64,000 nucleotides of DNA from Planctomycetota bacterium (GCA_031409275.1 JANNXA010000036.1:32001-96000); one strand, 5' to 3'; shown: positions 19,992-30,046, numbered from the stretch's first letter. Notes: generated by a model from the letters alone, not told the origin. Program-made: numbers and translations.

Positions 19992-20110
19992 TGGACCTTT
20001 ACTCTCCTGGATCTGCGGCCGGTGAGGCCGTGGTCGCGTTCCGGTCTTTCTCGCCGCATGCTCAGCCGGGACAGGTTAGACGCTTTCCCGTGCCGTTGTC
20101 TCAAACTCTT

Positions 20111-20185
20111 TGGAGCGGGTGAAGGGGATCGAACCCTCAACAGCCAGGTTGGAAACCTGGCGCTCTACCATTGAGCTACACCCGC
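20111..20185 (-). tRNA. tRNA-Gly(TCC)
   Basis: Cloverleaf GCGGGTG...; anticodon arm CCAGG-TTTCCAA-CCTGG; TTCGA T-loop; encoded CCA. Confidence 0.96.
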
Positions 20186-20279
20186 GCGCATGGCCCTCGA
20201 TTTGGTGCTACACGGTCCTTGGGACGCGACTTCAGCTTCGCTGTCCTGCTTTTTGCCGCCCACGACCACGCATCGCGCG

Positions 20280-20364
20280 TGGTGGGGAGAGCAGGATTCG
20301 AACCTGCGAAGCCAGTGGCAACGGATTTACAGTCCGTCCCCTTTGACCGCTTGGGTATCTCCCC
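20280..20364 (-). tRNA. tRNA-Tyr(GTA)
   Basis: Anticodon arm ACGGA-CTGTAAA-TCCGT, long variable arm, GGTTCGAATCC, CCA. Confidence 0.96.
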
Positions 20365-20452
20365 GTCTGTTCCTTCGAGAGCGCGCAAGCTCGGGGCGCA
20401 CGCGCGCCCCTCACCCCCCGCCGCCCGGCACTAGCCAGATCCGACCGCGCCG

Positions 20453-20528
20453 TGGAGCTAGCGGCGGGAGTCGAACCCGCAACCGCCCGCTTACAAAGCG
20501 GGTGCTCTGCCAGTTGAGCTACGCCAGC
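20453..20528 (-). tRNA. tRNA-Thr(TGT)
   Basis: Anticodon arm CCCGC-TTTGTAA-GCGGG, GGTTCGACTCC, CCA. Confidence 0.96.
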
Positions 20529-20624
20529 GAAGCTCGTCGGCTGCGGATCGTCCACCGTTTCCAGGCGCCGTCGGGCCGAGCCTCTGGATTGCTCCTGAGT
20601 TCGACGCCAAGGGCGAAGCGCGGA

Positions 20625-20652
20625 AGCGTAGCGGAGCGGCGCCTACTGTCAA
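20625..20652 (-). promoter_or_regulatory. Putative sigma70-type promoter of the tRNA-tuf operon
   Basis: Minus strand TTGACA (20652-20647), 16 nt, TACGCT (20630-20625). Confidence 0.55.
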
Positions 20653-20706
20653 CACTCGGCCGGCGGCTTCTCACCGCGCGAAGCGATCGCCCCGTTCGGA
20701 CCAGGC

Positions 20707-21123
20707 CTACGAGGCTTCGAATTCGCCAGGCCGCGCCATCGGTGCCGCTTCAAGGAGAGCATCGACACGCGACTTCAGATCGAAGATGTCGAGCGGCTTG
20801 CGAACAATGAGGGCGATCGACGGTTCACGCGCGACCGTCTCCTCGAGATCGGTCTCGAGGAACGCCGAGGCGAGCACGATGCGCAGCCCCGGTCGAAACA
20901 GCCGCAGCTCGCGCGCGAATTCGAGCCCGGTCCGATCGGGCAGGAGGAAATCGGAAATGCACAGCGCGACGTCGGGATGAGCGAGCGCAGCGGCGAGCCC
21001 TTCGCCCACCGTCGCGCAAGTCGTGACGCGGTATCCGCTGCCGCCGAAGACGTCGGCGAGCAGACATGCGATCACCGGCTCATCTTCGATCACGAGGATG
21101 TGCCGCTGGTTTCCGTCCCCCAT
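20707..21123 (-). CDS. Single-domain response regulator (receiver)
   Basis: ILVIEDE, phosphoacceptor SDFLLPDRTG, LASA, RKP; no output domain. Confidence 0.9.
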   Translation of the reverse strand: MGDGNQRHILVIEDEPVIACLLADVFGGSGYRVTTCATVGEGLAAALAHPDVALCISDFLLPDRTGLEFARELRLFRPGLRIVLASAFLETDLEETVAREPSIALIVRKPLDIFDLKSRVDALLEAAPMARPGEFEAS

Positions 21124-21193
21124 GGGTTCGCCTTCTACCAGTGCGGCGGGGCGAGCGCCAACGAGTGGCCGCCCGGCAACCGCGCGCGCATCG

Positions 21194-23284
21194 CTACGAA
21201 CGGGTGGTCGGATCCTCCGGAAGCTGCACTTCGTCGAACGAAAGCGCGACCTGCATCTGTCGGTAGAGCACGGTCACCTGTCGTTTGCCGTGATCGACCT
21301 TGCGGACCACGCAGTGCTCTTTGTAGCGCGGGAGGAAGACCGCGGCCCCTTTCTTGAGTCCCGCAAGGTAGGCCGCTCGACGTTCGCTCAGTGCCCCGCG
21401 GGAGGGCAGTCCCTCGATGAAGTTGCGCAGCTTCTCGAACGACGGCACGAGCGCCGCCGGCACCGTTCCGAACGTCGCCAGCACTTCGCGCCCGCGCTGC
21501 TGCGCGTCGCGAAGCGCCCGCTCGACTTCGCGATCCTTCTCCTTCTCGAGGAACTCCGCCTTTGCGCCGAGCTCCGCTTCGCGCGCAACGAGTTCCGCGC
21601 GCAGTTGCTCGGATCGCCGCCGTTCCCCCTCCGCGGCGTCGAGGTGGATCAACGCAGCCTGCCGGGTTCGCTCCGTCTGCGCGCGCACGCGGCCGACGTC
21701 ACTCCCGCGCCCGCCGCTGAGCCATGCCTCGGCGCGCTCGACGATGGCGGCGGGCATTCCGTGACGGCGCGCGATCTTGAGAGCGTTGCTTTCGCCCGGA
21801 AGGCCGATCGTGAGCCGAAACAGCGGTTGCAGGGTGTCGCCATCGAACTCGAGTGAGCCGTTCTCGATGCGTTCGACCTCGAACCCGAGGTCCTTCAGGC
21901 CCGACAGATGCGTGGTTGCCACCACCTTGCAGCCGCGTTCGAGCAGCGCCACCAGCAGTGCGCGACCGAGCGCCTCGCCCTCTTTGGGCTCCGTGCCAGT
22001 TCCAAGCTCGTCGAGCAACACCAGGCTCTGCGCGGTCGCGCGGCCAAGCAACTCGACGATGCGCCGAAGATGGCCCGAGAACGTCGACAGGCTCTGCGCC
22101 AAGTCCTGCTCGTCGCCGATGTCGGCGTGGACGTCATCGAACCACGGCACGACGCTCCCCTCGCCCACGGTCACCGGCACCGCCGCCAGCGCCAGCGCGA
22201 CCAGCAGCCCGACCGCTTTCAGCGTCGCGGTCTTGCCTCCGGTGTTCGGCCCGCTGATCACCAACGCGTCGAAGCGTCCGCCGAGCTCGAGGTCGAATGG
22301 CACGACCCGCGCCTGCCCCGCCTCGCCGGCCGCGAGCGCTGCGCTCAAGAGCAGCGGATGACACGCCCGCCGCAGTACCAGCGGGCCGCTTGCCTGCACC
22401 TCGAGGATGCGTGCGCCCAGCCGCCGACCGAGCCGCGCGCGCGCAAAGAGGGCATCCTGGCTCGCCAGCAGGCGTTGGGTCTCGTGCAATGCCGCCTCGG
22501 CACGCAGCACTTCACGGGTCCGCTCGACCAGGATGCGCGCGACCAGCCGACGCTCCTTCGCGCGCAGGTCGGCCAGCCGATTCTGCGGCTCGATCAGCTC
22601 CTCCGGTTCGACGAACACCGACTCACCCGATTGCGAGCGATCGTGCAGGATGCCTGCGATTCGACCGCGTGCGTCGGCCCTGACCGCCAGCATGAAACGA
22701 CCGTCGCGCATCACCGGCGGACCGTCCCGCAACAGCGACCGCCACTCGCCGCGCGCCGCGATGTCCTGCGCCAGATCGCGAACTCGCCGCTCCGCCGGCA
22801 GCAGGCCGCGGCGCGCCTCGGCGAGCTCCGGTGTCGCGTCATCGAGGACCGCGCCGGCGGCATCGATGGTCCGCTCCAGCAGAGCGACGAGCGCGCGCAG
22901 ATCGGGCATCGCCAGCGCACGCGCCTGCAGCCGCGGCGCGGCGGCGCGCGCGGCGAGACGCTGGCGAACGAACTCCCCCGCCTTCACGCTCTTCAGCACC
23001 TGCGCGAGCTCTTTGCCGTCGAGTCCGCTCGCGCGCTGGCGTGCCGCTTCGAGCAGCGGGGCGAGGTCGTCCACGTCACGGAACGAGGGCGCCATCTCCT
23101 GCTCGAGCAGCAACTGTGCTTCGGCGACGGCCGCGCTCGCTTCGAGCAACGAATCGCGCGTACGGAACGGGACGAGTCCCCGCGCGAGTCGCTGGCCGAG
23201 CGGGCTCTCGGCACAGGTGGCGAGCAGCGCGCAGGCGCGCCCCCAATCGAGCGCTTCGAGCGAGCTCTTCACGCCACGACCCAA
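21194..23284 (-). CDS. mutS2: MutS2-family ATPase lacking the C-terminal Smr domain (start could be GTG at 23271)
   Basis: LEALDW N-terminus, HDRSQSGESVFVEP, GPNTGGKT, DIGDEQ, LSTFSGH, LLDELGTGT, TTH, GLPGESNA; ends in a KOW-like segment. Confidence 0.9.
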   Translation of the reverse strand: MGRGVKSSLEALDWGRACALLATCAESPLGQRLARGLVPFRTRDSLLEASAAVAEAQLLLEQEMAPSFRDVDDLAPLLEAARQRASGLDGKELAQVLKSVKAGEFVRQRLAARAAAPRLQARALAMPDLRALVALLERTIDAAGAVLDDATPELAEARRGLLPAERRVRDLAQDIAARGEWRSLLRDGPPVMRDGRFMLAVRADARGRIAGILHDRSQSGESVFVEPEELIEPQNRLADLRAKERRLVARILVERTREVLRAEAALHETQRLLASQDALFARARLGRRLGARILEVQASGPLVLRRACHPLLLSAALAAGEAGQARVVPFDLELGGRFDALVISGPNTGGKTATLKAVGLLVALALAAVPVTVGEGSVVPWFDDVHADIGDEQDLAQSLSTFSGHLRRIVELLGRATAQSLVLLDELGTGTEPKEGEALGRALLVALLERGCKVVATTHLSGLKDLGFEVERIENGSLEFDGDTLQPLFRLTIGLPGESNALKIARRHGMPAAIVERAEAWLSGGRGSDVGRVRAQTERTRQAALIHLDAAEGERRRSEQLRAELVAREAELGAKAEFLEKEKDREVERALRDAQQRGREVLATFGTVPAALVPSFEKLRNFIEGLPSRGALSERRAAYLAGLKKGAAVFLPRYKEHCVVRKVDHGKRQVTVLYRQMQVALSFDEVQLPEDPTTRS

Positions 23285-23311
23285 CCACGCCGCCCGCTAC
23301 ACTCCTGCACC

Positions 23312-24487
23312 ATGAGCAACACGAACGACTCCCACGCTGGCGACGGCTTCGGCACGCGCGCCGTCCACGCGGGCCAGCCGCCCGACCCGTTGACCGGCGC
23401 CCTGATGGTGCCCATCTACCAGAACTCGACCTACCGTCAACGCGGCCCGGCCGACCCGATCGACGGCTACGAATACGCGCGGACCAAGAATCCGACGCGC
23501 AGCGCGCTCGAACGCAACCTCGCGTCGCTCGAGGGCGGACGCCACGGACTCTGCTTCGCGAGCGGGCTCGCCGCGATCAACACGATCCTCAACCTGCTGA
23601 AGAGCGGCGACCACGTCGTCGCGGGCGACGATCTCTACGGCGGGACATGGCGGCTCTTCGAGAAGCTCTACGTCAACTTCGGCGTGACCTTCAGCTACGT
23701 CGACCTCGCCGACCTCGAAGCGCTGCGGCGCGCGTTGCGGCCCAACACGCGCTTCGTCTTCGCCGAGACGCCGACGAATCCGCTGCTCAAGATCTGCGAT
23801 CTTGCCGCCGTCGCGCGCCTCACTCATGAAGCGGGCGCGAAGGTCGTGTGCGACAACACGTTCGCGACGCCCTACCTGCAGCGTCCGCTCGCGCTCGGCT
23901 GCGACATCGTCGTGCACAGCCTCACCAAGTACCTCGGCGGCCACTCCGACGTGATCGGCGGCGCCCTGATCGTGGAGGACGACGAACTCGCTGCTCGGCT
24001 CGCCTTCTTCCAGAACGCGGTCGGCGGAGTGCCCGGCCCGCAGGAGTGCTTCCTCGTCCTGCGCGGCACCAAGACGCTGCACCTGCGCATGGATCGCCAC
24101 TGCGCGACGGCGGCGCGCATCGCCCATTTCCTCGTCGCCCATCCCGAGGTCACCAAGGTCTACTACCCGGGACTCAAAGATCACCCCGGCCACGCCATCG
24201 CTGCCAAACAGATGAACGGTTTCGGCGGAATGATCTCGTTCGTGGTGAAAGGCGATGTCGCGCGCGGCATGCGGGTCGCCGCACGCACGCGCCTCTTCGC
24301 CTGCGCGGAGAGCCTCGGCGGCGTCGAGTCGCTGATCGAGCATCCGCCATCGATGACGCACGCCTCGATCCCGGCGGAACTGCGGCGCGCGCGCGGCCTC
24401 GACGACGGGCTCCTGCGGATCTCGTGCGGAGTCGAGGATGCCGACGATCTCGAACGCGACTTGCAGCAAGCGATCGAGTCGCGTTGA
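23312..24487 (+). CDS. Cystathionine gamma-lyase/synthase family PLP enzyme
   Basis: YARTKNPTR, FASGLAA, YGGT, ETPTNP, DNTFATP, HSLTKYLGGHSD, AESLGGVESL. Confidence 0.95.
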   Translation: MSNTNDSHAGDGFGTRAVHAGQPPDPLTGALMVPIYQNSTYRQRGPADPIDGYEYARTKNPTRSALERNLASLEGGRHGLCFASGLAAINTILNLLKSGDHVVAGDDLYGGTWRLFEKLYVNFGVTFSYVDLADLEALRRALRPNTRFVFAETPTNPLLKICDLAAVARLTHEAGAKVVCDNTFATPYLQRPLALGCDIVVHSLTKYLGGHSDVIGGALIVEDDELAARLAFFQNAVGGVPGPQECFLVLRGTKTLHLRMDRHCATAARIAHFLVAHPEVTKVYYPGLKDHPGHAIAAKQMNGFGGMISFVVKGDVARGMRVAARTRLFACAESLGGVESLIEHPPSMTHASIPAELRRARGLDDGLLRISCGVEDADDLERDLQQAIESR

Positions 24488-24513
24488 CGCTCGCCGTCCT
24501 CGCCGCCCGCGAT

Positions 24514-24876
24514 TCAGCCCGTCGGCGCCGATCCCGCCTTGCCGACTTCCGGGCCGCCGGCGCCGGCCGCCCGCGCCTCATGACGCGTGAGTCCATCGCT
24601 CACGACGTCGCGCATGACGCGCCCCACCTTGAACTTCACCACCCGCTTGGGTGGAACCTCGACCTTCTGCAGAGTGCGCGGATTCTGAGCGCGGCGAGCG
24701 CGGCGCGGCTTCACCTCGAAGACGCCGAAGTCCCGGAACTCGAGCCGGTTCCCGAGCGACAACTCGCGCACGATCTCGTCGAGGAAGGTCTGCAGGACCT
24801 CTTTGGCGACGATCTTGGTCTGCCCGGTCTTCTCGGCGATCCGATTGACCAGCTCTTTCTTGGTGATCGTCGCCAT
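24514..24876 (-). CDS. HU/IHF-family DNA-binding protein
   Basis: TITKKEL, LEFRDFGVFEV, ARRAQNPRT, VKFKVG. Confidence 0.95.
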   Translation of the reverse strand: MATITKKELVNRIAEKTGQTKIVAKEVLQTFLDEIVRELSLGNRLEFRDFGVFEVKPRRARRAQNPRTLQKVEVPPKRVVKFKVGRVMRDVVSDGLTRHEARAAGAGGPEVGKAGSAPTG

Positions 24877-24990
24877 CGTCCATCCCCGCAGCAGCGTCGT
24901 CGCCGCCACCCTTTCTTCGCTTCGCTGGCGGAGCGCGGGCACGCTCCTCCCCGATCGCTTCGGGCGGCTTGTCCACGGGCAACCTAGCTC

Positions 24991-25782
24991 TTGTCAACTC
25001 CCTGTCAACCAAGCACTTGCGACGAGAATCGCTCGACCCTGCCGCCGCCCGAGCGCAGTCGCTGCCGAGGCTCGATCGCAACCTCGCCCGGAGCTCCATT
25101 GCCTCCGAACGGAGGGCTTTCCGCGACGACCTTTGCAGCGTTCGCGCAAGCGCCCGCCCACCCCTTCAAGACGCATCGAACCGGCGACGTCGCGCAGATC
25201 GCCGCGAGCGCGACACCATGGGGCGTTGCCGCCATCCGCAAGCGCTTCTGGTACCCGCGTGCCAGCGACCGTTGGAACGGCGTCTTTCGCACGACCTTCG
25301 CCGCCCGCTCGCGAGTCGCCGGCGAAGCGGCCGCACTCGAACGGCTGGCGCGACTCGGGCTCCAACCACCGCTTCTGTTGGCCTGGGGCGAGGCGCGCCG
25401 GCACGGCTTCCTCCACGACTCGTTCCTCTACTTGCGCGAGATCGAGTCGGAGTCGCTCGACCACTGGTTCGCGGCGCCGCATGAGCCGGCCGCGCGACTC
25501 GTCACGCTCGCGGCACTCGCCCGCTTCGTCGCTGCGCTCGGTCGCGCGCGAATCGTCGATCGCGATCTCCACCTGCGCAACTTCCTGCGGCGACCCGACG
25601 GAACGCTCTCGAAGATCGATTCGCCCTTCGCAAGGGTCGTCGGCGGCGCGTGGGGACGGCGCGGTCGGGCGCGCGACCTCGCCGACCTCGAGCGTGACCT
25701 CGCCGCCGCGCTCAGCGAAACCGAGTTCGCGGAGTGGCGCCGCGCGCTGTCCCGATCGTGCGAGACCCCGCCGTCCCGCTGA
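24991..25782 (+). CDS. Lipopolysaccharide kinase (Kdo/WaaP/InaA)-like protein; start uncertain
   Basis: IRKRF, EAAALERL, DRDLHLRNFL catalytic-loop-like motif, KID, RARDLADL. Confidence 0.65.
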   Translation: MSTPCQPSTCDENRSTLPPPERSRCRGSIATSPGAPLPPNGGLSATTFAAFAQAPAHPFKTHRTGDVAQIAASATPWGVAAIRKRFWYPRASDRWNGVFRTTFAARSRVAGEAAALERLARLGLQPPLLLAWGEARRHGFLHDSFLYLREIESESLDHWFAAPHEPAARLVTLAALARFVAALGRARIVDRDLHLRNFLRRPDGTLSKIDSPFARVVGGAWGRRGRARDLADLERDLAAALSETEFAEWRRALSRSCETPPSR

Positions 25783-25800
25783 TTCGCGACGACGGCGCGC

Positions 25801-26280
25801 TCAACCGCGGTCGGGGGCCGGCACGGCGGCTGGCAGCAGGACGCTCGTGTCGAGCACGAACGTCGCCGGGCCTTCGTTCACCAGTTCGACCCGCATCGAC
25901 GCGCCGAAGCGGCCGGTTTCGACGGGGACGGCGCGGGCGCGGAGGCGCGCCACGAATTCGTCGAACCAACGGCGGCCCGCCTCGGGCGGCGCCGCGGCGA
26001 TGAAGTCGGGACGGCGACCGCGCGCGAGACCGGCCAGCAGCGTGAACTGCGAGATGGCGAGCACGCCGCCAGCGATCTCGGGCAGCGCAAGGTTCATCTT
26101 CCCGGCGCCATCCTCGAAGACGCGCAACTCGTGGATCCGGCGCGCCAGGTAGTCGGCCTCGCGCTCGCCGTCGCCATGCGCGACTCCGAGCAGGACCACG
26201 AAGCCCCGACCGACGCTCCCGACCAGCTCCGCATCGACATGCACCGTGCCGCGAGCGACCCGCTGCACCACGGCGATCAT
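25801..26280 (-). CDS. dtd: D-aminoacyl-tRNA deacylase
   Basis: MIAVVQRV, RVFED-GKMN, SQFTL, GRRPDF, FGASM, NEGP. Confidence 0.96.
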   Translation of the reverse strand: MIAVVQRVARGTVHVDAELVGSVGRGFVVLLGVAHGDGEREADYLARRIHELRVFEDGAGKMNLALPEIAGGVLAISQFTLLAGLARGRRPDFIAAAPPEAGRRWFDEFVARLRARAVPVETGRFGASMRVELVNEGPATFVLDTSVLLPAAVPAPDRG

Positions 26281-27437
26281 TGCCCGATCTCCGGCGGCGC
26301 GTCTTCGAGCGGATCGACCGTTCGCGGCGCCGGCTCGTCGCGTTGCAGCTGCGCCCGCAGTTCGCGCACCTGATTGGGCACGTAGAAGAGCCGGTAGAAG
26401 ACCTGGTCGGCCGGCAGCGGTCGCGTCATGGTCTGCGCGCGCAGCAGATACTCCTCGAAGGCCGCGAGCGCTTGTTCGGGATGGTTGCGCTGCTTCATCT
26501 CGACCACGCCGATGTTGTAGAGCGCGGTGAGGCACTCGCGATCGAGCGCCAGCGAGTGTTCCCACGCCGCGATCGCCTCGCCATCGCGATTGCGGCGGGC
26601 GAAAGCGGTCCCGAGGTCGAGCCACGCGTCGCGTGCCAGCTCGAGTGCTTCGGGAGTCGGCGCTTCGCCGACCGTTGCGAGGATCGCGCGCAGCTGCTTC
26701 TCGGCGGCCGTCGCGTCGCTGCGATCATCGGCCTCGAGCAGCAGCTGCGCGAGCCGATGGCGCTCGAACGGATCGCCGGCCGTGATCTCGACCAGCAGTT
26801 CGCGCGCCTCGATCGCCCGCTCGCGCGTGCCGCCGTCCTGTTCGAGGTCGGCAAGCATCCGCAACGCCTCGATCAGCGACGGGTCACGCGCCAGCGCCTC
26901 GTCGCAGAGCACCCGGGCCCGATCGGCGCGTCCGTCGCGCTGCTCCAGGAAGGCCAGTCCGTACCTGGCAAAGGCGAAGTCATCGTCCTGATCGATCGCG
27001 GCGGTTAGCAGATTGCGCGCCTCGGCCGACCGCTCCGGCAGGAGAGCGCGCGCGGCGAGCAGCTTCTCCGCGGCGGTCGCGACCGGGCCACTCGCGTAGC
27101 GCTCGCGCGCGGCGCGTTCATCGAGCGCGATCTCGAGGTCCTGCACCAGCAAGGCGGCCCGAATCTCCTCGGGCGCCGCCACTTGCGCGAGCCGCGCCGA
27201 GATCAACGCCGATTCGAGCAGCGAACGGCGCTCGACCTCGCCAACCGTCGCCGCGTGTCGCTGGGCCTCGACCGCTCGCGCCATGGCGGCCGCCACTGCC
27301 GGCGCGAACTCGACCGGCTGCGCCCGCAGCCTCGACGCGCAGCCCCCCGACGCGAGCGCCAGCACCACGAGCAGCGGCAGAATCCGCCACGAACCGTGCG
27401 CCGGCGCCGCGAACCTGTCGGCCCCGCCGCGTGTCAC
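26277..27437 (-). CDS. TPR-repeat lipoprotein
   Basis: Hydrophobic N-terminus ending SGGC; TPR-like helices (FARYGLA, AWLDLG, ALYNIG); coupled to trpS and dtd by 4-nt overlaps. Confidence 0.7.
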   Translation of the reverse strand: MTRGGADRFAAPAHGSWRILPLLVVLALASGGCASRLRAQPVEFAPAVAAAMARAVEAQRHAATVGEVERRSLLESALISARLAQVAAPEEIRAALLVQDLEIALDERAARERYASGPVATAAEKLLAARALLPERSAEARNLLTAAIDQDDDFAFARYGLAFLEQRDGRADRARVLCDEALARDPSLIEALRMLADLEQDGGTRERAIEARELLVEITAGDPFERHRLAQLLLEADDRSDATAAEKQLRAILATVGEAPTPEALELARDAWLDLGTAFARRNRDGEAIAAWEHSLALDRECLTALYNIGVVEMKQRNHPEQALAAFEEYLLRAQTMTRPLPADQVFYRLFYVPNQVRELRAQLQRDEPAPRTVDPLEDAPPEIGQ

Positions 27438-28450
27438 TTCCGCGGTGCGAGGCCGCGCACGCCGATGCGCGTGCGGACCTCCTCCATCGTCGCCTGCGCG
27501 ATGGCCGCCGCCTTCTTGCGGCCAACTTCGAGCAGATCGTGCAGGTCATCGGGCCGTGCCCGCCACGCCGCTTGTGCTTCGCGAATCGGCGTCAGCTGCT
27601 CGATGACACGATCGGCGAGCTCCTTCTTGCAGTCGACGCATCCGAGCGCGGCGCTGCGGCAGTCGCGCTCGATCGCCTCGACGCGCGCCGGATCGCGCGG
27701 GCCGGTGAAGCAGCCGTGCAACGTAAAGATGTTGCAGATCTCCGGATGGCCCGGATCGTTGCGGCGCAGTCGCGCGGGATCGGTGACGGCGACCTTCAGC
27801 TTGGCGCGGATCGCGTCGGGCGCTTCGCCGATGGCGATGGTGTTGCCCTTCGACTTCGACATCTTCGAGTTGCCGTCGAGCCCCTTCAGTCGCGCCAGCT
27901 TCGAGAGCAGCGGCTGCGGTTCGGGAAAGGTCTCGCCGAAGCGACGGTTGAAGCGGCGCGCGATCTCGCGGGACAGCTCGAGGTGCTGCACCTGGTCCTC
28001 ACCGACGGGGACGCGGTCGGCCTTGTAGAGCAGGATGTCGGCGGCCTGCAGCACCGGGTAGGTGAGGATGCCGGCGTTGAGGTTTTCGCTGTGCTGCGCC
28101 GCCTTGTCCTTGTACTGCGTCATCCGCTCGAGTTCGCCGACCATCGTGCAGCAGATGAAGATCCACCCGAGTTCGGTGTGCTCGGGCACAGCCGACTGGC
28201 GGAAGAGCGTCACCTTCGCCGGGTCGAGGCCGCACGCGAGCAGGCTCGCCGCCATGTCGAGCGAGTTCGAGCGCATCTGGTCGGGCGACAGGTCGATCGA
28301 CAGCGCGTGGTAGTCGACGATGGCGTAGAGCGCGTCGGCGCGATCGGGCGCGGCCTGCTGCTCCACCCATTGGCGGATCGCGCCGAGGTAGTTGCCGAGA
28401 TGGGGTTCGCCGGTCGGTTGGATGCCGCTGAAGATGCGGTGACGTGCCAT
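27434..28450 (-). CDS. trpS: Tryptophanyl-tRNA synthetase
   Basis: SGIQPTGEPHLGNYLG, YPVLQAADIL, VPVGEDQVQH, KMSKS. Confidence 0.98.
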   Translation of the reverse strand: MARHRIFSGIQPTGEPHLGNYLGAIRQWVEQQAAPDRADALYAIVDYHALSIDLSPDQMRSNSLDMAASLLACGLDPAKVTLFRQSAVPEHTELGWIFICCTMVGELERMTQYKDKAAQHSENLNAGILTYPVLQAADILLYKADRVPVGEDQVQHLELSREIARRFNRRFGETFPEPQPLLSKLARLKGLDGNSKMSKSKGNTIAIGEAPDAIRAKLKVAVTDPARLRRNDPGHPEICNIFTLHGCFTGPRDPARVEAIERDCRSAALGCVDCKKELADRVIEQLTPIREAQAAWRARPDDLHDLLEVGRKKAAAIAQATMEEVRTRIGVRGLAPRK

Positions 28451-28519
28451 GCGATCCCTTTGGTTGCGCCTTGCGGCGCGCGAGCATAACTTCGCCCGCG
28501 TCCGCACGCGGAGGGGAGC

Positions 28520-30046
28520 TTGAGCGGTCGATCGCGCGCGCGCGCCACGAAATCCTCGTCCACCACCATCGCAGCGGCGCTCGTCGCCATGCTGGCGGTA
28601 TCGGGCTGCGCCGGCTCGGACATCGACGCCAACCCGTTCCACGTCGGCCGCACCTACGACACTGGCCACGGCGAAGCGGCGCGCGTGCAGGTGCTTGGCC
28701 CCCTCTGGGACGATTCGATCGAGCCCGATCGGCGCGAGACGGCGCTCCACCCCTTGTGGCGCCGGGTCGAGACGCCGACCGAAGTCCGAACGCAGGTGCT
28801 CGCCCCCCTCTTCGCCAACCGGACGACGGCCGACGAGAGCAGTTCGCGCTTCCTGGCGCTCGCCTTTTCCCGGACCCACCGTTCGAGCAGCACGACCGGC
28901 GACTACGACTTCATGTTCTTTCCGCTGCTGTGGTGGGGAAACGGCGATCGCGCCGCCGAGCGCTACTTCGCCCTGTTCCCGGTCGGTGGCGTCATCGAGA
29001 GCTTCGGCGGCTTCGCGCGGGTCGGCTTCGTCCTCTTCCCGCTCTACTACTGGGCCACCAAGGAGATCACCGAGTCGGAGACGTTCCACAACATCACGCC
29101 GTTCTTCGGCTGGGTCGACGGCGGACCGCGCGACGGCTCTTGGCGCGTGCTGCCACTCGTCGGCCACTGGAAATACGAGGGCAAGTACGACAAGTGGTCG
29201 GTCCTGTGGCCCTTCCTCCACTGGCAGAGGAACCGCCTCGACACGAACGACCCGTCGACCAACTTCGCCTTCTGGCCGCTGTTTGGTCTCGAGCGCAGCA
29301 AGCGAATCCACTTCCTCTCCTTCCTCTGGCCCTTCTTCCGCTTCCGGACCGAGCGCGTCGAGAGTTTCGATGAGGCAAACGTCCGTACCGAGAGCGAGTA
29401 CTGGCGGCGCGACGTCCTGTGGCCGCTGTGGCGCAGCGAACACGAGCGCGACTGGGACTACTTGCGCCTCTTCCCCTTCTTCTCGCGCTACCGCAGCGCG
29501 GAGCTCGACAGCGACGCCTACGCGATCCCGCTGCTGTGGCGCCGCACGACGCGCGAGCGCGATTGGACCAAGCAGACGTTCGACTTCGTCCCGCTCGTCC
29601 ACTGGGAGCGCAAGACCTGGAACACGCCGGCCGCGGGCGGCCCTCCTCGCGCCGACGACACCGCATTCAAGCTGTGGCCGCTCTTCTCCGTCAGCGACGA
29701 GGCGAGCGCGAACGAGGTCAAGGTACCGGCGCTGCTGCCGCTCGACCTCGAGCGCTACACCGGCGACTTCGAGGCGAGCTTCGGTCCGCTCTTCGAGCTC
29801 TGGCACACGCGACGAGCGGCGGACGGCAGCGTCCGCGGCAACGCACTGCTGCGCCTGGTCGACTGGGAATCGCGCGACGGGCGCGACCGATTCTCGATTC
29901 CTCTGCTCTACTCCCTCGACCGCACGCCGACCCGGACCACCCATCGCCTGTTGCTGGGCATGCTTCGCTTCGGCAGCGGCGAGGGCGGCGCGGAGTTCAA
30001 GCTCCTCGGCATGCCGATCCTGACCCCCGAGGTTGCATCCCGGTGA
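28520..30046 (+). CDS. Uncharacterised putative lipoprotein with many aromatic-Pro repeats
   Basis: Lipobox-like VSGC; recurring (L/F)(W/F)P(L/F)(F/W) units; stop overlaps the mlaE GTG. Confidence 0.75.
   Translation: MSGRSRARATKSSSTTIAAALVAMLAVSGCAGSDIDANPFHVGRTYDTGHGEAARVQVLGPLWDDSIEPDRRETALHPLWRRVETPTEVRTQVLAPLFANRTTADESSSRFLALAFSRTHRSSSTTGDYDFMFFPLLWWGNGDRAAERYFALFPVGGVIESFGGFARVGFVLFPLYYWATKEITESETFHNITPFFGWVDGGPRDGSWRVLPLVGHWKYEGKYDKWSVLWPFLHWQRNRLDTNDPSTNFAFWPLFGLERSKRIHFLSFLWPFFRFRTERVESFDEANVRTESEYWRRDVLWPLWRSEHERDWDYLRLFPFFSRYRSAELDSDAYAIPLLWRRTTRERDWTKQTFDFVPLVHWERKTWNTPAAGGPPRADDTAFKLWPLFSVSDEASANEVKVPALLPLDLERYTGDFEASFGPLFELWHTRRAADGSVRGNALLRLVDWESRDGRDRFSIPLLYSLDRTPTRTTHRLLLGMLRFGSGEGGAEFKLLGMPILTPEVASR

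Noticed and set aside
21908..23311. Apparent long N-terminal extension of the cystathionine lyase (859-aa ORF)
   Set aside because: It is antisense to mutS2; family similarity starts at the ATG at 23312.
28451..29944. Apparent 836-aa TrpS fusion
   Set aside because: The extension is the antisense of the repeat lipoprotein; TrpS begins MARHRIFSG at 28450.
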